From Candidatus Aenigmatarchaeota archaeon (lineage in GTDB: Archaea; Aenigmatarchaeota; Aenigmatarchaeia; CG10238-14; SCSR01): a DNA stretch of 58,169 nucleotides. Shown here piece by piece: positions 46,406 through 56,602 of this stretch. The stretch lies in assembly GCA_039000165.1 (NCBI GenBank), contig JAWBTW010000003.1:21187-79355 (forward strand), read 5' to 3'. Numbering within the stretch: position 1 is the first letter of the stretch; each line of letters opens with the position of its first letter. A model generated the notes under the pieces. The model worked only from the letters and a program-made list of their open reading frames with translations. It was not told where the DNA came from and ran no database searches. A program made the position numbers and the translations under genes.

Positions 46406-47830
46406 ATGAAAAAGTTAATTTTCTTTTTCATTCTTGGAATAGTTTTGTTAGCTGAACCGGTTTTTGCCCAAGATGTAGAACTTTATCTTGAAACTTCCCA
46501 ACTAAAAATATACGCAGGAAAATCTGGCTCCGTAGAAGTGAATGTTTTTAACAACCAAAATTTTACTGATACTTTTTCCATAACAATATGGCCTACTCAG
46601 TTTGCCGATGTTATAACAACTGTAGAAAACCCAAACTTAAGAATAAACGCAAAAAGCAATGCTAGCACAAAAATTTATTTTTTTGCTTCTGAATGCGCAG
46701 ACGAATCCACGATTCAATTTGAAATTACAGCAAGTTCTACGACAAGCAATGCATCGAAATCAAAAAACCTCTTGCTTAGTGTTTTAAGAACTTTCATAGT
46801 TTGTATTTCAGATTTTAAACTTGACAAGTATGGTGAAATTGAACCCAACGAATCTCTTAAAATAACAACATACCTTACAAACCCTACTTATAAGATTTCA
46901 CCTCAATTTTTTGTTCAGACTAACATCAAACTTGAAAACAAAACTATAGAAAGTTTTGACGAGACTGTTCAACCCATGTCACAAAAGTCGACGAAAATTT
47001 TAAGTTTAACCTATAATTTTAGCGAATACGCAAGCCCAGGAATCTACAGGATAGAAGTTTTACTTAAGGATGAACTTAACAACCTAGTAACAAAGAAAGA
47101 AGAAACAATTAGAATGAAAATAGTGAACAAAACTTCTACCCAAAGCTGGACTGACATAGGAATTCTTTCTGCAGTAACAACAGTAAAAATAAAGAATGAA
47201 GGAAATGTAGTAGTTCCTATAAAAATAACAACCTCTATTCCAAGTTTTGTTAAAAACCTTTTCTTCCCAGAAATTCAACCTACCCGTGAAAAAACACAAG
47301 ATGGTTGGATAGAATACGTGTGGGAATTTGAGAACGTTAAGCCAGGAGAAGAAGTTATAGTAAGGTATGAAATAAAGCTTCTTTATGTTTGGCTTTTCTC
47401 CTTGGGTATAGTAATTGTAGTAATTCTTGCTTTTAAGTTTGTTTATGGCCCTACTGTTGTCAAAAAATATAAGCCAATAGTTCCAACTTTGGGAAAGGAA
47501 ATTACTATCGCTCTAGAAATTAAAAATAAAAGCAAGCATGAAATAGAAGATGTTGAAGTTAGGGATTTTGTTCCTACATTGTTCGAGGTTAGTGAAAAGT
47601 TCGATACTGTTAGACCAGACTCAGTCAAAAAAGTTAAAGGTGGGACCATAATAACCTGGAAGTTTAACTCGCTTAAACCCCTAGAAGAAAGAGTTTTAAC
47701 TTATAAGATTAAACCAAAAATGGAAATAAGTGGAACTTTCAAGCTACCAAACGCTTATATGAAGTACTTGGACAAGAAAAAAGAAGTTAAAAGTATAGTT
47801 TCCAAATCTATTTTACTTAAAGCAGAATAA
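46406..47830 (+). CDS. Single-pass membrane protein with Ig-like domains on both sides of the membrane
   Basis: Signal peptide, several Ig-like segments, TM (LYVWLFSLGIVIVVILAF), then a DUF11-like domain (ITIALEIKN...VEVRDFVP...WKF..L). Confidence 0.8.
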   Translation: MKKLIFFFILGIVLLAEPVFAQDVELYLETSQLKIYAGKSGSVEVNVFNNQNFTDTFSITIWPTQFADVITTVENPNLRINAKSNASTKIYFFASECADESTIQFEITASSTTSNASKSKNLLLSVLRTFIVCISDFKLDKYGEIEPNESLKITTYLTNPTYKISPQFFVQTNIKLENKTIESFDETVQPMSQKSTKILSLTYNFSEYASPGIYRIEVLLKDELNNLVTKKEETIRMKIVNKTSTQSWTDIGILSAVTTVKIKNEGNVVVPIKITTSIPSFVKNLFFPEIQPTREKTQDGWIEYVWEFENVKPGEEVIVRYEIKLLYVWLFSLGIVIVVILAFKFVYGPTVVKKYKPIVPTLGKEITIALEIKNKSKHEIEDVEVRDFVPTLFEVSEKFDTVRPDSVKKVKGGTIITWKFNSLKPLEERVLTYKIKPKMEISGTFKLPNAYMKYLDKKKEVKSIVSKSILLKAE

Positions 47831-47864
47831 AATTTAAAAAACCTTGCTACAATTTTTATTATAG

Positions 47865-47978
47865 CCCCGCTTAGCTCAATGGTAGAGCGACCGGCTGTAG
47901 GCGAGCGCTTTGGCGCTTGCTAGTAGCTATCGCTCGGTCAATACCGGTAGGTTGGGAGTTCAAGTCTCCCAGCGGGGA
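47865..47978 (+). tRNA. tRNA-Tyr(GUA) with 42-nt intron at 37/38 (47901..47942)
   Basis: C1:G72 acceptor CCCCGCT/AGCGGGG, ACCGG/CCGGT stem, CT-GTA-G|A loop; spliced length 72 nt. The junction motif is non-canonical. Confidence 0.88.
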
Positions 47979-48048
47979 CTATTATTTTTAGGCTATAAAA
48001 ACCAAAAACTTTAAAAGTTTTTAAATTCCAAATATCATAAATATATTC

Positions 48049-48164
48049 GTTGGCGGCCAAAGCGGGGAGGAAACATCTGTTCCCGTTCCGAACACAGTAA
48101 TTAAGCTCCCCAGCGATCTGGGTTGTACTTTCCGAAAGGAAGGGAACTCCAGGACGCCGCCAAC
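48049..48164 (+). rRNA. rrf: 5S rRNA (stand-alone, not with 16S/23S)
   Basis: Terminal helix GTTGGCGGC/GCCGCCAAC, CCCGTTCCGAACACAG..TTAAGC core, TTCC-GAAA-GGAA loop; 116 nt. Confidence 0.95.
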
Positions 48165-48239
48165 AATTTAAATTGGTGTCTGTATTAAAGAAAAAACAGA
48201 GAATGATGACTTTTCCTTAGAATTCCATGAAATAAGGAT

Positions 48240-48325
48240 GCCTCGGTGGTGTAGGGGCCTAATGGATAGGCTAAGCATACGAGCCTGTCACGCTCGTGAC
48301 ACGGGTTCAAATCCCGTCCGAGGCG
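48240..48325 (+). tRNA. tRNA-Asp(GUC) with 13-nt D-arm intron at 21/22 (48262..48274)
   Basis: GCCTCGG/CCGAGGC acceptor, G73, CGAGC-CT-GTC-AC-GCTCG arm. The 22-nt D-loop resolves via BHB (GGCC/GGCU helix, UA|A and AA|G bulges). Spliced length 73 nt. Confidence 0.9.
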
Positions 48326-48337
48326 TTTGGTGAAATT

Positions 48338-48568
48338 ATGGAAATAGAGAGCCATAGACTCGTACCGAAACATATTTTGTTAAGTGAAAAAGAAAAAGAA
48401 GAACTTTTGAAAAAATACGGAATAACACTTAAGGAATTACCAAGAATTTTATCTTCAGACCCGATGGTAAAAGCTTTAAACGCCAAAGTTGGTGATGTTA
48501 TAAAAATAATAAGGAAAAGCCCGACCGCTGAGGTAAGTGAATATTATAGGGTAGTTGTAAAGGGGTGA
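48338..48568 (+). CDS. rpo5: RNA polymerase subunit Rpo5 (H)
   Basis: [11 protein letters not shown]...LPRILSSDP...[12 protein letters not shown]. True start ATG 48338 after SD GGTGA; the track extension runs through tRNA-Asp. Confidence 0.96.
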   Translation: MEIESHRLVPKHILLSEKEKEELLKKYGITLKELPRILSSDPMVKALNAKVGDVIKIIRKSPTAEVSEYYRVVVKG

Positions 48569-48575
48569 AATTTGT

Positions 48576-50054
48576 TTGAATGAAACTTTCCTTACCTTGT
48601 TGGAAGTATTCACTAGAGAAAAAGGTTTTGTTAGGTTTCAGATAGATTCTTATAACGACTTTATAACAAGAAGAATACCAAAGGTCCTTTCAGAAATAGG
48701 TGTAATAAAACCAGAGGTTCCAGAGCTTGGAGAGTTCAAAATTAAACTCGGGGAATTTAAAATAGGAGAACCCACAGTTAAAGAAGCGGACGGATCTACT
48801 AGACCAATACTACCAATGGAAGCAAGAATTAGGAATTTGACCTATGCTGCTCCAATGTATGTGGAAATGACCCCAGTACTTAACAATATAGAAAGTGAAA
48901 GTGTTGTTGTTAATTTTGGTGACATGCCGGTAATGGTAAAGTCAAAGATCTGTCCTCTTTCTTACATGAGTAAACAAGAACTCATAGAAGCTGGTGAAGA
49001 CCCTGAAGATCCAGGAGGGTACTTTATAATTAACGGTACAGAAAGAATTCTTGTTTTGGTAGAGGAAATAGCACCAAATAGAATAATAGTTTCTAAGGTT
49101 GACACAGGGAGCATTACAGAAATTGCTAGAATTCATTCCGAAAAAGACGGCTATGTTCAAAGGCATTTACTCGAAAGGAAAAATGATGGTTTGATATTCA
49201 TAAGTTTTGCTAATATAACAAGGTTACCTATAGCTGTTATTTTAAAGGCTTTAGGTCTTGAATCTGATAAAGATATAGTTACCGCAATTTCACTTGATCC
49301 AGAAGTTCAAGAAGAATTTTATGTTAACCTTTATGAGACTGAAATTTCAACAAGAAATGAAGCTTTGGATGAAATTGGTAAGCATATAAAAATACCTCAA
49401 AAGGAGTACAGAATTGACAGGGCCACAAAGCTTATAGATAAGTACTTACTTCCTCACTTAGGCCAGAACCCTGAAAACAGAATGGAAAAAGCTATTTTCT
49501 TGGCAAAGGCTGTTGGTAAGCTAATTAAATTACATCTTGGGAAGATTGAGGAAGACGATTTGGACCATTATTCTAACAAAAGAATTAAGCTTGCTGGTGA
49601 TTTGTTAGAAATTCTACTTAGGTCTATTCTCCTTGGAAAATGGGGATTGATAACAAGAATCACTTACAACTATCAAAAACTGACAAAAAGAGGAAGATTA
49701 CCTCCTCTACAAGCAATAGTAGAATCCAATGTTTTAACAAACCAGATTGTCTCTGCTCTAGCAATAGGTTCATGGGTTGGTGGAAGAACAGGAGTAAGCC
49801 AAAGGTTGGAAAGGGGTAGCTATATAAAGACTTTATCCCATATGAGAAACGTGCTTTCACCTCTAACTTCAACTCAGGAGCACTTCGAAGCAAGAGAGCT
49901 TCACCCAACTCATTGGGGTAAGTTATGTACAAGCGAAACACCAGAAGGTGCAACAATAGGGTTAAGAAAATACTTAGCTTTGATGGCTGAGGTAACTAGC
50001 GGCTTAGGAGAAAAAGAAAAGAAAGCAATCTTAAACATAGTAAAAGGTGGTTGA
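48576..50054 (+). CDS. rpo2N: RNA polymerase subunit Rpo2N (B'')
   Basis: QIDSYNDF, EARIRNLTYAAP, GGYFIINGTE, RELHPTHWG, TPEG. Confidence 0.96.
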   Translation: MNETFLTLLEVFTREKGFVRFQIDSYNDFITRRIPKVLSEIGVIKPEVPELGEFKIKLGEFKIGEPTVKEADGSTRPILPMEARIRNLTYAAPMYVEMTPVLNNIESESVVVNFGDMPVMVKSKICPLSYMSKQELIEAGEDPEDPGGYFIINGTERILVLVEEIAPNRIIVSKVDTGSITEIARIHSEKDGYVQRHLLERKNDGLIFISFANITRLPIAVILKALGLESDKDIVTAISLDPEVQEEFYVNLYETEISTRNEALDEIGKHIKIPQKEYRIDRATKLIDKYLLPHLGQNPENRMEKAIFLAKAVGKLIKLHLGKIEEDDLDHYSNKRIKLAGDLLEILLRSILLGKWGLITRITYNYQKLTKRGRLPPLQAIVESNVLTNQIVSALAIGSWVGGRTGVSQRLERGSYIKTLSHMRNVLSPLTSTQEHFEARELHPTHWGKLCTSETPEGATIGLRKYLALMAEVTSGLGEKEKKAILNIVKGG

Positions 50055-51851
50055 ATGGCTGATATATTCTTAGACGGAAAGTATATTGGCTCAACAAACG
50101 AACCAGAAAAATTGGTTGAAAAGATAAGAAACGAAAGAAGAAGTGGTTTAATTTCCAGCCAAGTAAACGTCGTTTATTACAAAGAATTAGATGAGATAAG
50201 AATTCTAACTGATCCTGGAAGAGTAAGAAGGCCTTTAATAATCGTGGAAAACGGAAAACCAAAACTAACTCAAGAACATATAGAAAAATTGAAAAGAGGA
50301 GAAATGAAGTGGGACGATTTGCTTAAAAACGGAATTATCGAATATCTAGATGCAGAAGAAGAGGAAAATGCATATATAGCACTTAAACCAGAAGATGTTA
50401 CTCCAGAACATACTCATTTAGAATTAGACCCTTCTTTAATTCTTGGCCTTTCTGCTTCTTTCATTCCTTATCCTGAATTTAACAGGGGTGATAGGGTAAA
50501 CTATGGAGCCAAAATGATTGGTCAATCCATTGGTTTATTCATAACAAACTATCTTAGCCGAGTGGACACAAAATCCAATGTTTTAATTTATCCGCAAGTT
50601 CCTATAGTTCAAACTTATTCCCATAAAATTATAAATTATGAAAAGCATCCTAGTGGGGCTAATATCATAATTGCTGTTGCTTCTTTCCAAGGATACAACA
50701 TGGAAGATGCCATTATAATAAATGCTAGCTCTTTGCAAAGAGGTTTGTTCTGGTCTTACATGTTTAGAACTTATGAAGCTGAACAGAAAAGATATATGGG
50801 TGGACAAGAAGATATTATAGGAATACCTGAACCTGGAGTAAGGGGTTATGCTGGAGAAGACGCTTACAAGCACCTACCAGAAGATGGGATAGTTAATCCT
50901 GAAACAATCGTTAACTCAGACCAAGTGCTTATAGGAAGAATTTCACCTCTCAGGTTCTTGGGCTCGATGGACCAGTTTGTTACTGGAATCGAAAACATAA
51001 GGGAAACTTCTGTCAGACTAAGACACGGAGATACAGGAATTGTTGACAGAGTTTTCTTAACCGAAACCGTAGACGGAACGAAACTTGTAAAAGTTGTGGT
51101 TAGAGACTTGAAAATTCCTGAAATAGGTGATAAATTTGCTAGTAGACACGGACAAAAAGGAGTAATCGGTTTAATAGTTCCTCAAGAAGATATGCCTTTT
51201 ACAGAAGATGGAATAGTTCCAGATATAATTTTTAATCCTCATGGTATACCTTCAAGAATGACGATGGGTCAACTTTTGGAAATAATTGCAGGAAAGGTTG
51301 GTGCACTTTCTGGTAAATATATCTTATCTCCACCTTTCAATCCAACATCAGAAAAAGAGTTAAGAAGCATGCTTGAAGCCTATGGTTTTAGGAACGACGG
51401 AAAAGAAACAATGTACGACGGTATAACCGGGAAAAAGTTTGAAGCACAAATTTTTATAGGAAGCTGTTTCTATCAGAAATTGGACCATCTTGTATCAAAC
51501 AAAATTCATGCAAGGTCAAGGGGACCTGTTGCATTATTAACCAAACAACCTACAGAAGGAAGGAGCAAGGAAGGAGGATTAAGGCTGGGAGAAATGGAGA
51601 AAGATTGCTTAATTGCACATGGAGCTGCTCTTGCTTTAAAAGAAAGGTTTGATTCTGACAAAACAACCGTATCAGTTTGTAGTGAATGTGGTCTGATTGC
51701 TATATTCGATAGGATAAAAAACAAAAAGTATTGTCCAGTTTGTAAAGAGTCAAAAATAGTTGACATTGAAATGAGCTATGCTTTCAAGTTAATGCTTGAT
51801 GAACTCAAAAGCATGCTTATTTACCCGAAAATAGTTGTGAAGGAGGAGTAA
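50055..51851 (+). CDS. rpo2C: RNA polymerase subunit Rpo2C (B')
   Basis: GYNMEDA, GDKFASRHGQKG, NPHGIPSRMT, GGLRLGEME, C-terminal Zn finger. Confidence 0.97.
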   Translation: MADIFLDGKYIGSTNEPEKLVEKIRNERRSGLISSQVNVVYYKELDEIRILTDPGRVRRPLIIVENGKPKLTQEHIEKLKRGEMKWDDLLKNGIIEYLDAEEEENAYIALKPEDVTPEHTHLELDPSLILGLSASFIPYPEFNRGDRVNYGAKMIGQSIGLFITNYLSRVDTKSNVLIYPQVPIVQTYSHKIINYEKHPSGANIIIAVASFQGYNMEDAIIINASSLQRGLFWSYMFRTYEAEQKRYMGGQEDIIGIPEPGVRGYAGEDAYKHLPEDGIVNPETIVNSDQVLIGRISPLRFLGSMDQFVTGIENIRETSVRLRHGDTGIVDRVFLTETVDGTKLVKVVVRDLKIPEIGDKFASRHGQKGVIGLIVPQEDMPFTEDGIVPDIIFNPHGIPSRMTMGQLLEIIAGKVGALSGKYILSPPFNPTSEKELRSMLEAYGFRNDGKETMYDGITGKKFEAQIFIGSCFYQKLDHLVSNKIHARSRGPVALLTKQPTEGRSKEGGLRLGEMEKDCLIAHGAALALKERFDSDKTTVSVCSECGLIAIFDRIKNKKYCPVCKESKIVDIEMSYAFKLMLDELKSMLIYPKIVVKEE

Positions 51852-51853
51852 AA

Positions 51854-54385
51854 ATGCAAGTTGATAGAATAGAGTTTTCAATTTTGAGCCCAGAAATGAT
51901 TAAGAAAATGAGCGTAGCAAAGATAACAAAAACTGAACTTTATGACCAAGAAGGTTATCCAATAGAAGGTGGGCTAATGGACCCAAGGCTTGGTGTAGTT
52001 GACCCAGGAATAAGGTGTAGAACATGTGGGGGAAGTGTTGGGGAATGTCATGGCCATTTTGGCTATCTTGAACTTACTCGTCCTGTAGTTCATGTTCACT
52101 ATGCAAAAATAATTTTAAGTCTCTTGAAATTGTGTTGCAAAAAGTGTGGTAGAGTTTTAATAGCTGAAAAGGATATACAAAAAATAAAAACGAAAAAAAT
52201 TCCTTTGAAGGAGATAGCCAAGCTTGCTAAAAAGAAATGTCCTTATTGTAACGCTGAACAAGGTAAAATAAAATTCATCAAACCTTACACTTTTCTTGAA
52301 GATAACGAAATCTTAAACCCGATAAAATTGAGAGAAAGACTTGAAAAAATTCCAAACGAAGACCTCGAAATTTTAGGTTTCAGGAACATGCGCCCAGAAT
52401 GGCTTATTTTAACGCTTTTGCCCATTCCTCCAGTAACTGTTAGACCTTCTATCACCTTAGAAACTGGTGAAAGATCAGAAGATGATTTAACACATAAGCT
52501 TGTTGATATTGTAAGGATTAATGAAAGGTTAAAAGAAAACATAGATCTTGGGGCGCCTGAGTTTATTATAGAAGATCTTTGGGAACTTTTACAATATCAT
52601 GTTGCAACATTTTTCGATAATGAAATAACAGGTGTACCCCCTGCAAGACATCGCTCAGGAAGAGTTCTTAAAACTTTATCACAAAGATTAAAAACAAAAG
52701 AGGGAAGATTCAGAGGAAACTTAGCAGGAAAAAGGGTAAACTTTTCGGCAAGGACTGTCATAAGTCCTGACTCGATGATTGATATAGATGAGGTTGGAGT
52801 TCCAGAAGCCATAGCAAAAGAACTAACAATTCCTGTAAGAGTTAACGAAAAAAATCTAGAAGAAATGAGAAGATTAGTTCTTAACGGAACTAATTGGCCT
52901 GGAGCTAACTACATAATAAGGCCAGATGGAAGAAGGAAAAAAGTAACCAATGAAAATAAAGAAGATTTAGCAAAAGAACTAGCTCCTGGCTATATAGTTG
53001 AAAGACATATAAGAGATGGTGACATAGCTCTTTTTAACAGACAACCAAGCTTACATAGAATGAGCTTAATGGCCCATAGGGTAAGAGTAATGCCTTTCAA
53101 AACTTTCAGGCTGAACTTATGTACTTGTCCTCCTTATAATGCAGATTTTGACGGTGATGAAATGAACCTTCATATCCCGCAGACAGAAGAGGCACAAGTC
53201 GAAGCACAAGAATTAATGATAGTACCTAAGCACATTAGAAGCCCTAGGTTTTCTGGACCGATAATAGGTGCTGTAAAAGATCATATTACTGGTTTGTACT
53301 TGTTAACTCATGGAAATAAAAAGTTTAAAAGAGAAGAGTTTGTCCAACTTATAAGAGCTGTTGATCAAGAAATAGAAATACCAGAAAAAGAGTATATGAC
53401 CGGGAAAGAGATATTTAGCCTTTTCCTTCCGAAAGACTTTTCTATAGAGCACAAAGCCAAATCATGCAGAGGTTGTGAAAAATGTTTGAAGGAAAAGTGT
53501 CCTTATGATGCTTATGTTGTAATAAAGAATGGAAAACTAATATGTGGAACTATAGATAAAGCAGCACTTGGAGAGGAAGACGGGAAAGTAATAGATAAAA
53601 TGGAGAAAGAATACGGAGCAATGTTCTTGAAAAAGTTTCTTTTCAATATTACAAGACTTTCTATTCAAGTTTTGATGAATTCCGGGTTTTCAATTAGTAT
53701 CTCAGATCAAGACCTGACAGAAGAAGAAACAAGAGAAATTAAAAATATCCTTGAAAAAATAAGAAAAGAAGTCGACGAACTCATAGAATCTTATGAAAAA
53801 GGGGAAATAAGAATTCTTGCCGGAAGAACTCCGAAAGAAAGTTTAGAGCATTTGATTAAGATAAAATTGAGGAACGGTTTAAACGAAGTAGGAAAGATTT
53901 TAGCTGAACGTATGAAAGAAAACCCAACCATAATAATGGCCAAAAGTGGAGCAAGGGGAAGTCTTGTAAACCTTGTTCAGACTGCAGCAGTCATAGGACA
54001 AGAGACTGTTATGGGTGAAAGAATGGAAAGAGGTTATCGCGAAAGAACATTCCCACATTTCAGAAGAGGGGATGTGAGTCTAGAAGCAAAAGGTTTTGTA
54101 GCAAGAGGGTTTAAAAATGGTCTAACACCTTTTGAATTTTTCTTTGATGCAATTAACAGTAGAGAGTCCTTGATGGACAAATCCCTCAAAACAAGACACT
54201 CGGGATACATGGAAAGAAGATTGGTAGGAGCTTTACAAGATTTGAAAGTAGAATATGATGGTAGTGTGAGAGATAGTGCTAAGAGAATTATTCAATTCTT
54301 ACCAGGGGAAGATGGACTCGACCCTTCAAAAATTAAAAAGGTGGGTATAGATGTCAGAGGAATTGCAGAAAAACTATTTGGATGA
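51854..54385 (+). CDS. rpo1N: RNA polymerase subunit Rpo1N (A')
   Basis: Zn motif CRTCG...CHGHFG; catalytic [11 protein letters not shown]. Confidence 0.98.
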   Translation: MQVDRIEFSILSPEMIKKMSVAKITKTELYDQEGYPIEGGLMDPRLGVVDPGIRCRTCGGSVGECHGHFGYLELTRPVVHVHYAKIILSLLKLCCKKCGRVLIAEKDIQKIKTKKIPLKEIAKLAKKKCPYCNAEQGKIKFIKPYTFLEDNEILNPIKLRERLEKIPNEDLEILGFRNMRPEWLILTLLPIPPVTVRPSITLETGERSEDDLTHKLVDIVRINERLKENIDLGAPEFIIEDLWELLQYHVATFFDNEITGVPPARHRSGRVLKTLSQRLKTKEGRFRGNLAGKRVNFSARTVISPDSMIDIDEVGVPEAIAKELTIPVRVNEKNLEEMRRLVLNGTNWPGANYIIRPDGRRKKVTNENKEDLAKELAPGYIVERHIRDGDIALFNRQPSLHRMSLMAHRVRVMPFKTFRLNLCTCPPYNADFDGDEMNLHIPQTEEAQVEAQELMIVPKHIRSPRFSGPIIGAVKDHITGLYLLTHGNKKFKREEFVQLIRAVDQEIEIPEKEYMTGKEIFSLFLPKDFSIEHKAKSCRGCEKCLKEKCPYDAYVVIKNGKLICGTIDKAALGEEDGKVIDKMEKEYGAMFLKKFLFNITRLSIQVLMNSGFSISISDQDLTEEETREIKNILEKIRKEVDELIESYEKGEIRILAGRTPKESLEHLIKIKLRNGLNEVGKILAERMKENPTIIMAKSGARGSLVNLVQTAAVIGQETVMGERMERGYRERTFPHFRRGDVSLEAKGFVARGFKNGLTPFEFFFDAINSRESLMDKSLKTRHSGYMERRLVGALQDLKVEYDGSVRDSAKRIIQFLPGEDGLDPSKIKKVGIDVRGIAEKLFG

Positions 54386-55484
54386 AATAGCCTTGCCCAG
54401 AAAAATTGTTAAGGAAATAGAAGAAGTTGCTAAGGAGAAAAAATTAACTAAGGAACAGGTAAAGAAGTTAGAGGAAGAAGTAAAAAAAGAATATTTAAAA
54501 TCCATGTTTGAGCCTGGAGAAGCCATAGGCATAATCGCAGCTCAAAGCATTTCTGAACCTGCAACCCAAATGACCATGCGAACTTATCATTTTGCTGGCT
54601 CTGCTGGTATAAAAGTTACTTATGGATTACCCCGCTTAATTGAAATTTTCGACGCGAAGAAAAATCCTGAGACACCTATGATGACTATTTATCTTAAAAA
54701 AGAGTTTAACAACAAAGATGATGCAAAAAAAGTTGCTGAAAAAATTCTTGAAAAAAATGTTTCAAAATTGATGAAAAGAGCTTCTATAAACTTAAGTGAA
54801 GGTTTTATAGAAATTGAACCAATCGACCTAAGAAAAACTGAAAGTATCGGGAATGCTATAAAAGAAAATTTCAAAGACTTAAAGGTTTTGATAAAAAAGG
54901 ATAGAATAATAGCTAAACCTAAAAAAGAAATTGAAGTAAGGGAACTACAGAGATTAAGAGAAAAAATTCTGAACACAAAAGTCAGTGGAATAAAAGGTAT
55001 TTCCAACGTTATTGTGAGAAAAGAGGGTGAAGATTGGATAATAAACACCATAGGTTCTAACTTAGAAGAAGTTCTTAAGATGAAAGAAGTTGACTGTACC
55101 AGAACTATCACAAATGATATATACGAAACTGCTAGAGTTTTGGGAATAGAAGCTGCAAGGAACCTTATAATTAACGAGGCTCTTAAAACTTTAGAAGAAC
55201 AAGGATTAAACGTTGATATTCGTCATTTAATGCTTGTCGGAGATATAATGACAAGAAGCGGGACAATAAAACCAATAGGGAGATATGGAGTTGCAGGAGC
55301 TAAATCTTCAATATTAGCAAGAGCAGCTTTCGAAGAAACAATTAAACACTTAGTTAAAGCTTCTGTTAGAAATGAGATTGATAATTTCCAAGGAATCTTT
55401 GAAAATGTTATGATTGGACAAGTGGTTCCTGCCGGAACTGGAATGTTTGAACTAGTAGCAAGATTTGAAGAGGAAGAACAATGA
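54351..55484 (+). CDS. rpo1C: RNA polymerase subunit Rpo1C (A'')
   Basis: [42 protein letters not shown]. Start is ATG 54351 or TTG 54378. Confidence 0.97.
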   Translation: MSEELQKNYLDEIALPRKIVKEIEEVAKEKKLTKEQVKKLEEEVKKEYLKSMFEPGEAIGIIAAQSISEPATQMTMRTYHFAGSAGIKVTYGLPRLIEIFDAKKNPETPMMTIYLKKEFNNKDDAKKVAEKILEKNVSKLMKRASINLSEGFIEIEPIDLRKTESIGNAIKENFKDLKVLIKKDRIIAKPKKEIEVRELQRLREKILNTKVSGIKGISNVIVRKEGEDWIINTIGSNLEEVLKMKEVDCTRTITNDIYETARVLGIEAARNLIINEALKTLEEQGLNVDIRHLMLVGDIMTRSGTIKPIGRYGVAGAKSSILARAAFEETIKHLVKASVRNEIDNFQGIFENVMIGQVVPAGTGMFELVARFEEEEQ

Positions 55485-55741
55485 GTTTAGCAAAAATAAT
55501 TCAAGATGCAATAAAAAGCAAAAAAGCGATAATAGGTTATAGAGAATCGATTAAATATTTGAAGTTAAACAGAGCAGAATTAATCATATTAGCAGAAAAC
55601 TCACCTGAAAAAATAAAAAAAGAAATTGAACATATAGCAAAAATTGGAAATATAAAGTTAGAGACTGTGAAAGAAAGCAAAGAACTAGGAATAATTTGCG
55701 GAAAACCGTTTCCAGTAACAACTGTAGTGATTAAAGGATAA
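55481..55741 (+). CDS. rpl30e: 50S ribosomal protein L30e
   Basis: IIGYRESIK...[12 protein letters not shown]; conserved operon position. Confidence 0.95.
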   Translation: MSLAKIIQDAIKSKKAIIGYRESIKYLKLNRAELIILAENSPEKIKKEIEHIAKIGNIKLETVKESKELGIICGKPFPVTTVVIKG

Positions 55742-55743
55742 CT

Positions 55744-56166
55744 ATGAGCTTGACTTTCAACACAGAAACTATAAGGCTTATAACGCTATTCGAGAACCTT
55801 ACTGGAGCTAGAGTTAGAGATTGTATAGTAGACAAGGAAACAAATACTGTTTATTTTCTTGTAGAAGAAGGAATGGTAGGAAAAGCCATAGGAAAAAACG
55901 GAAACGTAGTTAAAAACACAGAAAAATTAATAGGAAAGAACATCAAAATATTCGAATTTTCAAACGACTTGAGAACTTTTGTTAAAAAGCTCATACCGCA
56001 AGCCAACGAAATAAGGATAAAAAATGAAAATAACACGATAACCGTAGAGGTAAAAGTAGATAAAAAAGAAAAACCTTTAATCATAGGAAGAGATGAGAAA
56101 AACTTAAAAATATTAAAACAATTATTTCAAAGAAATCACAAGGTTAGTGATTTAATTGTAAGGTGA
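55744..56166 (+). CDS. nusA: Transcription factor NusA (archaeal, KH domains)
   Basis: [27 protein letters not shown]; conserved position. Confidence 0.95.
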   Translation: MSLTFNTETIRLITLFENLTGARVRDCIVDKETNTVYFLVEEGMVGKAIGKNGNVVKNTEKLIGKNIKIFEFSNDLRTFVKKLIPQANEIRIKNENNTITVEVKVDKKEKPLIIGRDEKNLKILKQLFQRNHKVSDLIVR

Positions 56167-56170
56167 GAAA

Positions 56171-56596
56171 ATGGGAAGAGGTTTATTTGCGGCGAGGAAA
56201 TTGAAGAAAACAAGGAAAAAAATGAAATGGAAAGATATACACTATAAAAGAAGAGTCTTACAACTTTGGAAAAAAGATCCCTTAGAAGGGGCTCCTCAAG
56301 CTAGGGGAATTGTTATAGACAAACGTGGAGTAGAACAAAGAAAACCTGCTTCTGGTTTAATAAAGGCTGTAAGAGTCCAACTCCTTAAAAATAACGTCCA
56401 AGTTACCGCTCACGTTCCTGGAGAAGGAGCAATAGATATAATTAACGAGCACGATGAAGTACTTATAGAAAGTATTGGTGGCGCGCAAGGTGGGCCAAAA
56501 GGAAGTATGTGGGGGATAAAATATAAAGTTGTAAAAGTTAATGGAGTAGCTTTAAGTGAAATTTTAGCTGGAAAGAAACAAAAACCAACAAGGTAA
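56171..56596 (+). CDS. rps12: 30S ribosomal protein S12 (uS12), divergent
   Basis: [48 protein letters not shown]. Confidence 0.96.
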   Translation: MGRGLFAARKLKKTRKKMKWKDIHYKRRVLQLWKKDPLEGAPQARGIVIDKRGVEQRKPASGLIKAVRVQLLKNNVQVTAHVPGEGAIDIINEHDEVLIESIGGAQGGPKGSMWGIKYKVVKVNGVALSEILAGKKQKPTR

Positions 56597-56602
56597 AAGA
56601 TT

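Noticed and set aside
10301-48325. Integrated elements at tRNA genes
   Set aside because: I saw no duplicated tRNA 3' ends and no integrase or transposase in the window.
48576-55484. Split Rpo2 and Rpo1 subunits
   Set aside because: This is a normal arrangement in many Euryarchaeota and DPANN; each part has its own start and no sign of a frameshift.
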